Below, in pieces: positions 31,828-40,852 of a stretch of 64,000 nucleotides of DNA. A model generated the notes under the pieces. It was not told the DNA's origin, made no database searches, and saw only the letters and a list, made by a program, of their open reading frames with translations. A program made the position numbers and the translations under genes. The stretch lies in the IMG/VR virus record IMGVR_UViG_3300024261_002043, positions 46,589 to 110,588 of that record, one strand, 5' to 3'. This DNA is from a virus. The first letter of the stretch is position 1, and every line of letters begins with the position of its first letter.

Positions 31828-34800
31828 TATTCTATATCCTCCAGCGGAGTAAGTCCCATTTTGTATTTTTTGCCTGTTAAATTATTAACCACCACCAACA
31901 TATCGGGTTCCTCATATATCGTCCAGTTGCCGCGCTCATTCTTGAGGTGTAAGTCTCCAGTGTATACGTTCGCCCATCTGTGATCTGGTGACCCAAGACT
32001 GTAAGTACTATTAGCTCCAGGAAGCATGCTTCCCGTCATTGCTAAATGACCAGTACCGCCTCCAGCTTCTAATATGATTACACCATTAGATTCAGCATTC
32101 TTTAATTTCAGTTTCTCAACTGAATCTTCTAAAAATCCATGGATCGTTCTGTTGGTGCTCTTTAACGCGATGGTATTGTTACTGTCCATTTGCAGAGTAC
32201 CATACGCAGTCATATATTTTGTACTAGAGATATCTAAAGCTGTTTGACCACCGGACCCAACCTTAAATGACATACCGACATTTTTTGCGCTGATGTCTAC
32301 TCTTGTGGATCCTGGATCTACTAACTCTATACTACCTGTAACTGCTAGCGCTGTCGCTCCTGTTCCGGATGAAGCTCCAACCTGCAGTGGTATTGAATTA
32401 GCGGTACCAGGAGGAGTTAGGGTATAGGGGTTTTGAATTCTCAGTGCGCCAGATACCACCATATCTCCACCGAATACTGCGACCCCTCTTTCTACTGTTC
32501 CTATTCCTAAGTCTTCTCTACTATCTATTGCTCCGCTTACGAAGAAGAAGACATCCTTACCAATTTGGTTTGTTCGTCTAGCTACATAGCCGTCTGTCTT
32601 ACGATCATGGTCAAACGAAAAAGATCCTGTCGAAGCGATATATGATAGATAGGGAACACTACCATCTTGATGTGTAACAGCGAATACATCTGAATTGTCT
32701 GTTACGCTTAGCGCCGCTAGCTGTGTTAATGTATATGGTGAGCTTGGTGATGCAGTATCAGAAAACTCTAAGTGGTTACCAGATGTCCTTCTAATTTGTA
32801 CATCAGAATCTCTAAATCTTAAATAGGGTTCATTGGCAGTAGCACTACTTAGTGTAAGATTTGCTATGTCTAGAGCTGTGACAGAAAATGTACCTTCCAA
32901 CGCCGTATTACCAGAAACAACAAGATCACCGGAGACAAGTGTAACACCTCTAGTATTTGAATCTTTAGTCCCAACCGTACCGCTTAATATTGTACGTACG
33001 TCTCTGTGCCTATTAGCAGTAAACAGACCGGGTAGCTCAGAAAGCGCTGAGCCTACGCTAATGTAACCTTCTCGAATTCCGGTGCCATTAAATTGGTCAC
33101 TTGCTGATAAGACAAGCACTGGACCGCCTACCAGCTCTTCAGAAGAAGCGCTTAATATAAGTCCTGATTCTTCACCAACGTGAGTCGCACCAATGTTAAC
33201 ACCTCTTGACCCCGTAACACATAATCCTTCTGAATCATTCGCTGAGAATATGTAATGCGCGCTCGTCTGGAATCTAACCTTGGCGTTAGTCCCAGTATCA
33301 CCGATGACTAATACACCACCAGCATCAGCATGTTGAAGTCTTAACTGATCGGAGAAAGACTTGATCTGCTGTGTCTTTGATCCCCCTTGTCCGTCGAAGT
33401 ATAGTGCTGTGTCATCTGCTATTTCAACTCCCCGCACTCCGGACGCGTTGGGAGTTAGGAATATAGATCCATCGTCATTCTGGATTTTTAGTTCAGTTGC
33501 ACCGGAATTTATAGAGGCAGTTACGAATGTATTTGTAAATCCGCTACCGGTTCTGTTTTTGAATATGAGTCCGGCTGCTTGAATATTTACAGGTTGAGCA
33601 GCGTCTATACTTGTAATCGCGCCGTCTTGGACATCCATGTACCCTGCTCTAAATGCTCCAGGAGCCGCAGTACCTTCCGCAGTACCAAAAACAAGCGCGT
33701 TATTATTGATAGTAGAACCTGATGCGATTGCGATACCACCCTTGGTGCTATTAGTCGTCGACCCGGAAGCTAAAATAATTAAGGCATCTTTGACTCTAAG
33801 ATTTTCGGTACCAATAGTTGTTACTGAGCCTGATACATTCAAGTCACCAACGACAGTTAGGTTCTTATCAAAAGTTGCATTACCTGAACCGCTAAGGTGT
33901 AAAGCTAGGACGCCATCAGCGCCCTTTATATCTTGACCGTTTATCTGTATGTCACCAGCAATAATAGTTGGAAGAACAGAGCCTCCAAGCGTGATCGCTG
34001 TATTACCGTCTGAACCCTTTATATCACTTCCCATGACTGTAAGATCACCTGCGATCAGTACATTATCATCGGTGTCCATAGTAATTGTGCTGCCGCCATC
34101 TGAAGCTTTTATTATGTTACCGGCTACTGTAAGGTTTCCAGTCGTTGTAACATCACCACCAGCGCCTAATGTTATATTCGTACCAGCTGAACCTTTAATG
34201 TCATTACCAGTAACTGTAAGATCACCAGAAACTGAGACATCACCTGAAGCACCTAAAGTTAAGTTAGTGCCAGCTGAGCCTTTTATATCATTTCCGACAA
34301 CAGTTAGATCAGCTGCCAAGGAAACATTCTGGTCGACATCCATCGAAATAGTGATCTCACCTTCACTATTCTTTATATCATTACCATTTATTTGAAGGTC
34401 ACCACCGATAGTAAAGTCACCCGGCACGGTGAATATAGATAACGGAGATAAGCTAAAGTTACCAGACACATGAACATCACCATCAAATAATGCTAACCCT
34501 CTATCATTTGAGTCCTTAACTCCCCTTGAGCCTGATACATGAAAGAAGACATCCTTATGTGTAGTTGGAAATTGCGTAGCGTATGCGTATACACCGGCGA
34601 CGCCTTGTACCATATTAAAAGATATAGTACCGTCTCTATTAGCTGAGGGATTACTGGTTGTCGGGTCGACGAGTATTCTGGCATATCCAGTCGTATAATC
34701 CTCTGGCGTGGTTTTTATTCCACCGATTACTTTATTAAACGCCTTAAAGTCACCCGGGACGGCGTCATCTACTTCTATTACAGACCGTTCAGACCATAGT

Positions 34801-35072
34801 GTACCACTGACTACGACGTCACCCCCGAACAGTACAGTACTACCGTCGGCTCTGTTCCAGGCCTCAACAGCAGAATTCGCAGCGCCATCGAAGTACAGCC
34901 ATACATCGTTACCAACCTTTGTCGTATCAAGGCCTGTAGTTAAGCCATCATAGTTCGCGGCTTTTGAACCACTGTAAAACATGAGGTTCAAATTCTTCTT
35001 ACCAGGGACCACTGATCCGGTACCAATAATAGCTCTTGTTCTTACTCTATCTGATCTAAAATCTTTTGCCAT
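31827..35072 (-). CDS. Long tail fibre/appendage protein with internal repeats
   Basis: Repeated GDLTVxGNDIKGS units; C-terminal LGSPDHRWANVYTGDLHL...GNWTIYEE...NNLTGKKYK end typical of phage fibres. Confidence 0.85.
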   Translation of the reverse strand: MAKDFRSDRVRTRAIIGTGSVVPGKKNLNLMFYSGSKAANYDGLTTGLDTTKVGNDVWLYFDGAANSAVEAWNRADGSTVLFGGDVVVSGTLWSERSVIEVDDAVPGDFKAFNKVIGGIKTTPEDYTTGYARILVDPTTSNPSANRDGTISFNMVQGVAGVYAYATQFPTTHKDVFFHVSGSRGVKDSNDRGLALFDGDVHVSGNFSLSPLSIFTVPGDFTIGGDLQINGNDIKNSEGEITISMDVDQNVSLAADLTVVGNDIKGSAGTNLTLGASGDVSVSGDLTVTGNDIKGSAGTNITLGAGGDVTTTGNLTVAGNIIKASDGGSTITMDTDDNVLIAGDLTVMGSDIKGSDGNTAITLGGSVLPTIIAGDIQINGQDIKGADGVLALHLSGSGNATFDKNLTVVGDLNVSGSVTTIGTENLRVKDALIILASGSTTNSTKGGIAIASGSTINNNALVFGTAEGTAAPGAFRAGYMDVQDGAITSIDAAQPVNIQAAGLIFKNRTGSGFTNTFVTASINSGATELKIQNDDGSIFLTPNASGVRGVEIADDTALYFDGQGGSKTQQIKSFSDQLRLQHADAGGVLVIGDTGTNAKVRFQTSAHYIFSANDSEGLCVTGSRGVNIGATHVGEESGLILSASSEELVGGPVLVLSASDQFNGTGIREGYISVGSALSELPGLFTANRHRDVRTILSGTVGTKDSNTRGVTLVSGDLVVSGNTALEGTFSVTALDIANLTLSSATANEPYLRFRDSDVQIRRTSGNHLEFSDTASPSSPYTLTQLAALSVTDNSDVFAVTHQDGSVPYLSYIASTGSFSFDHDRKTDGYVARRTNQIGKDVFFFVSGAIDSREDLGIGTVERGVAVFGGDMVVSGALRIQNPYTLTPPGTANSIPLQVGASSGTGATALAVTGSIELVDPGSTRVDISAKNVGMSFKVGSGGQTALDISSTKYMTAYGTLQMDSNNTIALKSTNRTIHGFLEDSVEKLKLKNAESNGVIILEAGGGTGHLAMTGSMLPGANSTYSLGSPDHRWANVYTGDLHLKNERGNWTIYEEPDMLVVVNNLTGKKYKMGLTPLEDIE

Positions 35073-35104
35073 TTTTTAATCAAGCTCCAATTGGTTACAG
35101 CTAC

Positions 35105-35377
35105 TTACGCTTCTTTGTAAGGCTTAAGCGCAATAACTTTCCAAAAAATATTCAAAGCCGGTTGGTCCACGCCAACGCTTCTTTCTACTCTAAATTTCCA
35201 CACACCGCCACTATAACTAATATGCTCTACGTAGACTTTTTCACTTCCATCCGCTGCTATTGTGATAACAGGTGTAAAACTGCTGTCAGTTATTCCTGTT
35301 GATCCGGATGCTTTTGCGTCGCCGGCGTCTATAACAAGAGTCCCATTTGCTAATATAGCTTGGCGTCCAGTAATCAT
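35105..35377 (-). CDS. Small beta-rich protein, probably fibre-associated
   Basis: Co-oriented upstream of the fibre genes; overlaps the stop of the preceding ORF. Confidence 0.55.
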   Translation of the reverse strand: MITGRQAILANGTLVIDAGDAKASGSTGITDSSFTPVITIAADGSEKVYVEHISYSGGVWKFRVERSVGVDQPALNIFWKVIALKPYKEA

Positions 35378-35736
35378 GTCTGCATAGCCTGAATATGTAC
35401 TTTACCAGTAAAGTTCGCGCTAGCTTCTATAACAGCAATAGCTTTTCTACCTGCGCCGCTAGGAACAGACTGTAGTTCTATAGACCTGATAAATAAATTA
35501 ATATCAGCCCCCGGAGCATCGTCTCCTACTGCTGTGACAGTCACAGTGGGTGCCGTTGTATAAGGACCATCTAGCGTTACGCTTTTTATTGCTTCGTCAT
35601 TAAAGTCTAAAATTACAGATTCTAAAACAACATCCCCTGATCCTTCTATTTGAAGCCCTGGGCGTGGTTCAGCTCTAAACCTTGGGTAAACTTTTCTAAA
35701 ACGATTACGATCATATTGTTTTGTTCTTGCAGACAT
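35374..35736 (-). CDS. Small beta-rich virion-associated protein (H-type-lectin-like motif)
   Basis: GPYTTAPTVTVT motif; GAGG RBS; candidate late promoter upstream. Confidence 0.5.
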   Translation of the reverse strand: MSARTKQYDRNRFRKVYPRFRAEPRPGLQIEGSGDVVLESVILDFNDEAIKSVTLDGPYTTAPTVTVTAVGDDAPGADINLFIRSIELQSVPSGAGRKAIAVIEASANFTGKVHIQAMQT

Positions 35737-35774
35737 TTATAGACACCTCAAGCTTAAATATGTACTTAGAGCGC

Positions 35775-37091
35775 TTAAAGAATCTCTGATGCAATTGAGG
35801 CGATATTAGATCTTTGACCCTTGACTAATTGAATGTGCGCGGCTTCCACATGGTTTCTAAATTTATGAACAACTATAGACAGTCCGTTACTTAACCTGTC
35901 TATGTACGGAGTATCGATCTGGTCCGTATCTCCCAACAATACGATTTTAGAATTCTTTCCAACTCTAGTTATAATTGTTTTTAACTCATGAACTGTTGCG
36001 TTTTGAGCTTCATCAACTATCACATACGAGTCATTGAAAGTTCTCCCTCTGATATATGCTAGAGGAGCTACCTCTAACTCTCCTCTTCCCATCATCATTT
36101 CAAAATATGTTAAATCTCTATCACCCATCATTGTTCGAAAATTATCCATTACCGGAGCAAGCCAAGGTGCCATTTTTTCGTCTATGTTCCCTGGTAGATA
36201 TCCCAAGTCTTTACCTACAGGTTGCAGCGACCTGCTGATTATGATCCTGTTGTATCTACCCTCTTGTATACCATCCAAACCAGCCATCAAGGCAACATAT
36301 GTTTTACCAGATCCAGCGATTCCAGTTAGTGTGACTAATTCAATATCACTTCGTAATAGTGCTTCGACCGCAAATTTTTGCTCTTTATTTTTTGACTTAA
36401 AATTACTCATCGCCGAACCCGGCTCATGCTTAAGTGGCGAAAGTATACCACCTCTATACATTGCTATAAGCGAGTTGCCCTCAGCGCTGGTCGCAATAAC
36501 GAATTCATTTTCGTATAGAGAGGTTTTATCGTTATTAATCTCTAAAGTGCCATCCTCAAAAAAGCTGTCTATTTCGGACTGTGTAAGACTAACTTCTTTA
36601 TACCCACTAAACGTAGTATTAGCGTCATCCAGATGGTCTTTGTAATAATCCTCAGAAGCTATCCCTAAGGCATCGCACTTAACTCTTAGGTTGATGTCCT
36701 TGGTAACTACAACTAAAGGCCTCTCGTCGTCTCTGTCAGCCTCTAGCAAGCATGTTGCGAGTATCCTATTGTCTGCTCTATCTCTTGCCAACCCGGTTGG
36801 TAGAGAAGATACATCTTCCGCTATTTCTATTCTTACTGTCTGGTCTATAGATAGTTCTTCTTGAACCTGTATACCTTCATCAAGTCTGCCGAACTCCCTC
36901 AACTGGTCTAAAAACCGATTAACATACCTCGCTGCATCTCCGAGTACGCCTTGCTTTTCCTTAAATTTATCTATCTCATCTATAACCTGAAGTGGTAGAA
37001 TTATATCATTACCAGGAAATGAGTGGATAGACTTTTTGTCATAAAGCAGTACGCTAGTGTCGATGATAAAACGCTTTCTTTTAGATATCAA
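35775..37091 (-). CDS. PIN-domain plus PhoH ATPase (PhoH2/YlaK type)
   Basis: FIIDTSVLLYD...DNRIL...TKDINLRVK (PIN); GIAGSGKT, GYLPG, YIRGRTF, VDEAQN, GDTDQID (PhoH). Confidence 0.93.
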   Translation of the reverse strand: MISKRKRFIIDTSVLLYDKKSIHSFPGNDIILPLQVIDEIDKFKEKQGVLGDAARYVNRFLDQLREFGRLDEGIQVQEELSIDQTVRIEIAEDVSSLPTGLARDRADNRILATCLLEADRDDERPLVVVTKDINLRVKCDALGIASEDYYKDHLDDANTTFSGYKEVSLTQSEIDSFFEDGTLEINNDKTSLYENEFVIATSAEGNSLIAMYRGGILSPLKHEPGSAMSNFKSKNKEQKFAVEALLRSDIELVTLTGIAGSGKTYVALMAGLDGIQEGRYNRIIISRSLQPVGKDLGYLPGNIDEKMAPWLAPVMDNFRTMMGDRDLTYFEMMMGRGELEVAPLAYIRGRTFNDSYVIVDEAQNATVHELKTIITRVGKNSKIVLLGDTDQIDTPYIDRLSNGLSIVVHKFRNHVEAAHIQLVKGQRSNIASIASEIL

Positions 37092-37171
37092 AATAAACTC
37101 CTTGAAAAACTGATACTTCCAATTATAAAATTAAGCATTATTATGATTAATAAAACTCCTTGGAGGAAGTT

Positions 37172-37477
37172 ATGGCTAGAAAAAGCTCTAAAAAAGACCC
37201 TACACTAATAAACATAGGTGAGCCTATAGAGGGTGAAACATGTTTTAACGTGCATAAGGAATGCTTCGCTGTTTGTCTTGAGAAGGAATGTAGATATTGG
37301 CAAGACATGAATGGATCAAACCAAAACTGCATTATTAATGCTTCCAACTCTAGCCCGCTTACGCTGCAAGAAGTTGGAAATATTTTTAGTGTCACAAGAA
37401 TGAGAATATGTCAAATTGAAAAATCGGCAAAAGAAATACTCAAAGGTATTTTTGAAAAAAGCGATAGAATAACTTAA
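37172..37477 (+). CDS. Stand-alone sigma70 region-4 HTH protein with a Cys-rich N-terminus
   Basis: LTLQEVGNIFSVTRMRICQIEKSA is the sigma 4.2 consensus. GGAGG RBS precedes the ATG at 37172. Confidence 0.8.
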   Translation: MARKSSKKDPTLINIGEPIEGETCFNVHKECFAVCLEKECRYWQDMNGSNQNCIINASNSSPLTLQEVGNIFSVTRMRICQIEKSAKEILKGIFEKSDRIT

Positions 37478-37518
37478 CATACAATTTTAAGTATAACAGA
37501 TGAAGACAGCGTTTCAAT

Positions 37519-37546
37519 AAAAAAAGAGGGGCTTAAGCCCCTCTCA
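37519..37546 (-). terminator. Rho-independent terminator between convergent genes
   Basis: Hairpin AGAGGGGCT-TA-AGCCCCTCT followed by a T-run on the minus strand. Confidence 0.8.
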
Positions 37547-37571
37547 TAAGTCGCCATCACATATGTGTTGA

Positions 37572-37760
37572 CTACTTTTGTACCTCTAGTGTCATCTTAA
37601 CAAGACTAGCAGCCTTTGACTTAAGCTCTCTTAAGCCTCTTCTAGCTCGTACGCCAGCCGACTTATTTCCATGTGCATTTTTGTGCACATCAAGCTCTAC
37701 TTCTTCTACTAGAGCCTTTAGCTCTTCCCAATTTTCTAGAATGTTTGTTGAATCACTCAT
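37572..37760 (-). CDS. Histone H1-like Hc1 family nucleoid protein
   Basis: GNKSAGVRARRGLRELK matches the Hc1 signature GNKAAGTRARK. Confidence 0.75.
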   Translation of the reverse strand: MSDSTNILENWEELKALVEEVELDVHKNAHGNKSAGVRARRGLRELKSKAASLVKMTLEVQK

Positions 37761-38034
37761 TTTCAGTTCCTCCAGGATATAATATTTTAACGTGATTTTT
37801 GTCTGTGTTATCAGACTCTACAGGATCTATAGTGCTCCTGATATTTACCATTAACTCTCTATCTTCTAACTCTAATGCTAATGCGCTTATGATAGACTTA
37901 ATCTGAGTCTGATTAACTCCGAAGCGTAAAATTTCAGAAACTATTTCCCTAGATTTCTTTATATCATTAAGCCAATTAGCATCATCTTTCTCTACTGTGA
38001 CATTAACATCTTGATCTTGTATTAAACTAGTCAT
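37753..38034 (-). CDS. Hypothetical protein
   Basis: 93-aa ORF with overlapping start/stop junctions on both sides. Confidence 0.6.
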   Translation of the reverse strand: MTSLIQDQDVNVTVEKDDANWLNDIKKSREIVSEILRFGVNQTQIKSIISALALELEDRELMVNIRSTIDPVESDNTDKNHVKILYPGGTENE

Positions 38035-38495
38035 TCAATAACCTCACTTCTGGAAAATGGTTCAATCTCAAATGTCCCATCCCCTTTATGCTTTAAAATC
38101 TTACCTGTTTTTCTTCCATCGTTAAATTCATGTGATAACACTATAAAGTCTTTCGTAGAGTTATCTAGCATAAACTTAACAAACTCAAAATCAGCCAATT
38201 CACAATTGTAAGAGTCTAATAACTTGATAATAGATTCAGGAATAAAAAGTCTTATATCTTCTATCGTGATAGAAGAAGCAGTACCTTCAAAATTATGAAG
38301 TATTTCTGATTGACAATGTCCAGTCACCCGGTGCAAGATCCCACAATTATTACAATTTGTATGCTTCTCAACCAACGTAGCGTCTTCATTCTCAATAGAA
38401 AAAACCACAAAGCTATGTAGCGGCGGATCTTTCTTAGACTTAAGGGTAGGTAATATACATCTACACTGTATTAAATGCTTTACCCCTTTGCTCAT
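38031..38495 (-). CDS. Hypothetical protein with a probable zinc-binding site
   Basis: CRC, CNNCGILH and HC motifs. Confidence 0.6.
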   Translation of the reverse strand: MSKGVKHLIQCRCILPTLKSKKDPPLHSFVVFSIENEDATLVEKHTNCNNCGILHRVTGHCQSEILHNFEGTASSITIEDIRLFIPESIIKLLDSYNCELADFEFVKFMLDNSTKDFIVLSHEFNDGRKTGKILKHKGDGTFEIEPFSRSEVIE

Positions 38496-38758
38496 TATAG
38501 CTTCGTGGCCATGATCTTAGAAAAGCTATCAGAAATAACACTTTCCATTGTAGCTGTTATTTTAGAAACAGTATCACGCTCAACTCCATCGGTGACTGCC
38601 ATCGTCGCTAAAGCAGCAGCGACTTGATCTTGCGTAAACGTTCTACAGTTTAAGAACAATTCTATACATTCTTTTCTAGTAAGAGTAGTTTCTGTTTCAG
38701 TACCGGGTAGTACGAACGTGTCCATCTCTTCAACGATTTTCTTTTTTCCTCTTGGCAT
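38495..38758 (-). CDS. Hypothetical protein
   Basis: GGAGG RBS; abuts the next gene. Confidence 0.6.
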   Translation of the reverse strand: MPRGKKKIVEEMDTFVLPGTETETTLTRKECIELFLNCRTFTQDQVAAALATMAVTDGVERDTVSKITATMESVISDSFSKIMATKL

Positions 38759-38788
38759 GAGTAACCTCCAAATTTTCTATAACCAAAA

Positions 38789-39262
38789 TTACTTTGCATA
38801 TGCGTCTGCTAACCATGACGATGCCCAAGCATCTGGTTTAACAACACACCTATACCCTTGAGATTTTACCCAGGATGTTGCAGAAGTAAACACTAAAGAA
38901 GACTTGTACATTTTATTTGGGTTAATATCTAGATGCACGCTGACATCATCTCTGCTGGTATGTGATGAAACAAGATCAGCTAAAAGTAGGGCTCTTTCAA
39001 CCTCACCTAGTAGTCTTAATTTCATATTTAAGAAGTTTTTACGCTTTAGTATTTTTCTAGCAAAGAAGTATGTTCCTCCTTTTCCCGGAGTTATAATCGC
39101 AACTACTATGGCATATACACAATTGTTTTTTACGAAGTGAGAATCACATCCGACATGTATCATGCTTGATTTACCAACACTAGATAGAAACTCTAGCATG
39201 CTACTTAATTTAACAGGCTTATGTTGCGCGTTATGCCAGCTTAAGGAATCTAAGGGTGACAT
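38789..39262 (-). CDS. RNase H-like YkuK (DUF458) family protein
   Basis: IHVGCDSH, RLLGEV, VHLDINP, KPDAWASSWLAD. Confidence 0.85.
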   Translation of the reverse strand: MSPLDSLSWHNAQHKPVKLSSMLEFLSSVGKSSMIHVGCDSHFVKNNCVYAIVVAIITPGKGGTYFFARKILKRKNFLNMKLRLLGEVERALLLADLVSSHTSRDDVSVHLDINPNKMYKSSLVFTSATSWVKSQGYRCVVKPDAWASSWLADAYAK

Positions 39263-40542
39263 TAATCATCTTCCAATCTAATGATCGCTTTGATATTATT
39301 GATGATAGTACGGTCACTAACTGCTCTTCGTACGGCGGCCGCGGCGTCATTAGCTGGTAAATACTTTATATGATAATTATCAAAGAAATTGCTTCTTGCA
39401 TTTATAACTCCTTGATTCGCGCATCTTGATATGTGGGAGAAAAAAGAGCCAAGTTTATCATCTATGATAGGCTTTTCCTGAGGATCAGCTTTTAGATCAA
39501 GTATGACATTACGAAGAGAGAGCTTGGAAAGTCTAGACTCCAGAATGTCTCTTACATCGTCGACGTTCGATTCATTGAGCTTCTTCTTTATACTAGATCT
39601 TAAGTTGTTAATGCGAGTCAACTGTTGGTCACCTGGTATTATTGACAGCCTTTTGTTTGCTGTGTTGTAAGATACCCTGACGCTTTCGTAGTCCTCAGCA
39701 TCCACTGAACTTAACCTGTTACCTATATCCTTAGTTATTGGTGTCACACCGCATACTGTAGCAATATCCTTAATCTCATTAACACTAGCTACGGAGTCTT
39801 CAACAATGAAAGGTATAACGCTAGTATTTCCCTTTTGCCAGTTAACGAATAGTGTGTTATTAACGTCATCAGAGTATCCTGTAGATACTATAACCGCCTT
39901 CTGCTTCGTATTGTAGCAATACTCTAAGATGTGATGTATCTCACTAACTTCTATTATTTTACCGTTTATGACAAAAACCTTACAGCTACTGAAATCGAAA
40001 TTGTCTAGATAACCTTCAAAAAATTCGCTTAAAAAACAACCAGCTATAAAGCCGCTATCAACCACCAATGTTTCTTCAACACTATTAGAGATCTTTGTTG
40101 ATATACTTCCTGAAGCTCCCGCTACATTAACTGCCATTATTAAGTCGTCCATATTATTAAGCATGAACAGATCATCGCAATCTTCTTTAAGACAATTTAT
40201 TACCTCTGTTGAACCAACACGTCGACCTCTTAATTTTGTGTCGCTTATTATAGAGCTGTCGTTTAGACATTTAATATAAAGCTCTATTGCATGAGGACAA
40301 GCTCTATTTATCTTGACAAGACTAGATATAACAAGGTTCTTGATGGAGGACTCGCTATTGTTTAGCCAATATAGAAATGTTCGGAAAGTATCGATCCACC
40401 CGACATCATAGATAGATGCACCTGCGAGTAGAGAATAGTCTTTGTTTTCTAGCGATTTAGAAAACTTCTTTATGTCTTTAAGAAAGTCACCCTTGATTTT
40501 GTCTAAAGGATCGCCTGTAATGACATCGCTTTTGCTCTTCAT
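39262..40542 (-). CDS. Highly diverged GroEL/Cpn60-like chaperonin lacking the ATP-binding motif
   Basis: Collinear with GroEL intermediate and apical domains (AGASGSISTK..., KIIEVSEIHHILE, KDIATVCG, ILESRLSKLS); no GDGTTT. Confidence 0.65.
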   Translation of the reverse strand: MKSKSDVITGDPLDKIKGDFLKDIKKFSKSLENKDYSLLAGASIYDVGWIDTFRTFLYWLNNSESSIKNLVISSLVKINRACPHAIELYIKCLNDSSIISDTKLRGRRVGSTEVINCLKEDCDDLFMLNNMDDLIMAVNVAGASGSISTKISNSVEETLVVDSGFIAGCFLSEFFEGYLDNFDFSSCKVFVINGKIIEVSEIHHILEYCYNTKQKAVIVSTGYSDDVNNTLFVNWQKGNTSVIPFIVEDSVASVNEIKDIATVCGVTPITKDIGNRLSSVDAEDYESVRVSYNTANKRLSIIPGDQQLTRINNLRSSIKKKLNESNVDDVRDILESRLSKLSLRNVILDLKADPQEKPIIDDKLGSFFSHISRCANQGVINARSNFFDNYHIKYLPANDAAAAVRRAVSDRTIINNIKAIIRLEDD

Positions 40543-40552
40543 AACACCTCAC

Positions 40553-40843
40553 TTAATGAAGGTTGGTATCATATTTTTTCTTTTCTGACTCTTTAGATAC
40601 ATCTGTCTTAAATGTTGAAAACAATTGACCTAGCGCTTGACCTAATTCTTCTGCTTGCTCATTTAAAAGCTTAGCAGTGCTTTCAACTTCTTCTCTATTT
40701 TCTTTCTTTTCTTGCATTTCAAAAGCGTATCTACAAAACGCAAATAATGCTGCACAGCCCCCAACAATCAATGAAGTTGTTAGGTCATGCCAAGAAAGAA
40801 TTATGGCAAAAACTAAAAAATACTCTGGAAACCCGAACCTCAT
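40553..40843 (-). CDS. Small two-TM membrane protein with a C-terminal coiled coil
   Basis: Two hydrophobic segments in residues 3-40; GGAG RBS. Confidence 0.6.
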   Translation of the reverse strand: MRFGFPEYFLVFAIILSWHDLTTSLIVGGCAALFAFCRYAFEMQEKKENREEVESTAKLLNEQAEELGQALGQLFSTFKTDVSKESEKKKYDTNLH

Positions 40844-40852
40844 TTTATCTCC

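Noticed and set aside
29489-36645. Long plus-strand ORFs such as 29489-30142, 33949-34395 and 36034-36645 (also 8031-9659 and 54142-54729)
   Set aside because: They are antisense shadows of well-supported minus-strand genes, with no motifs or RBS.
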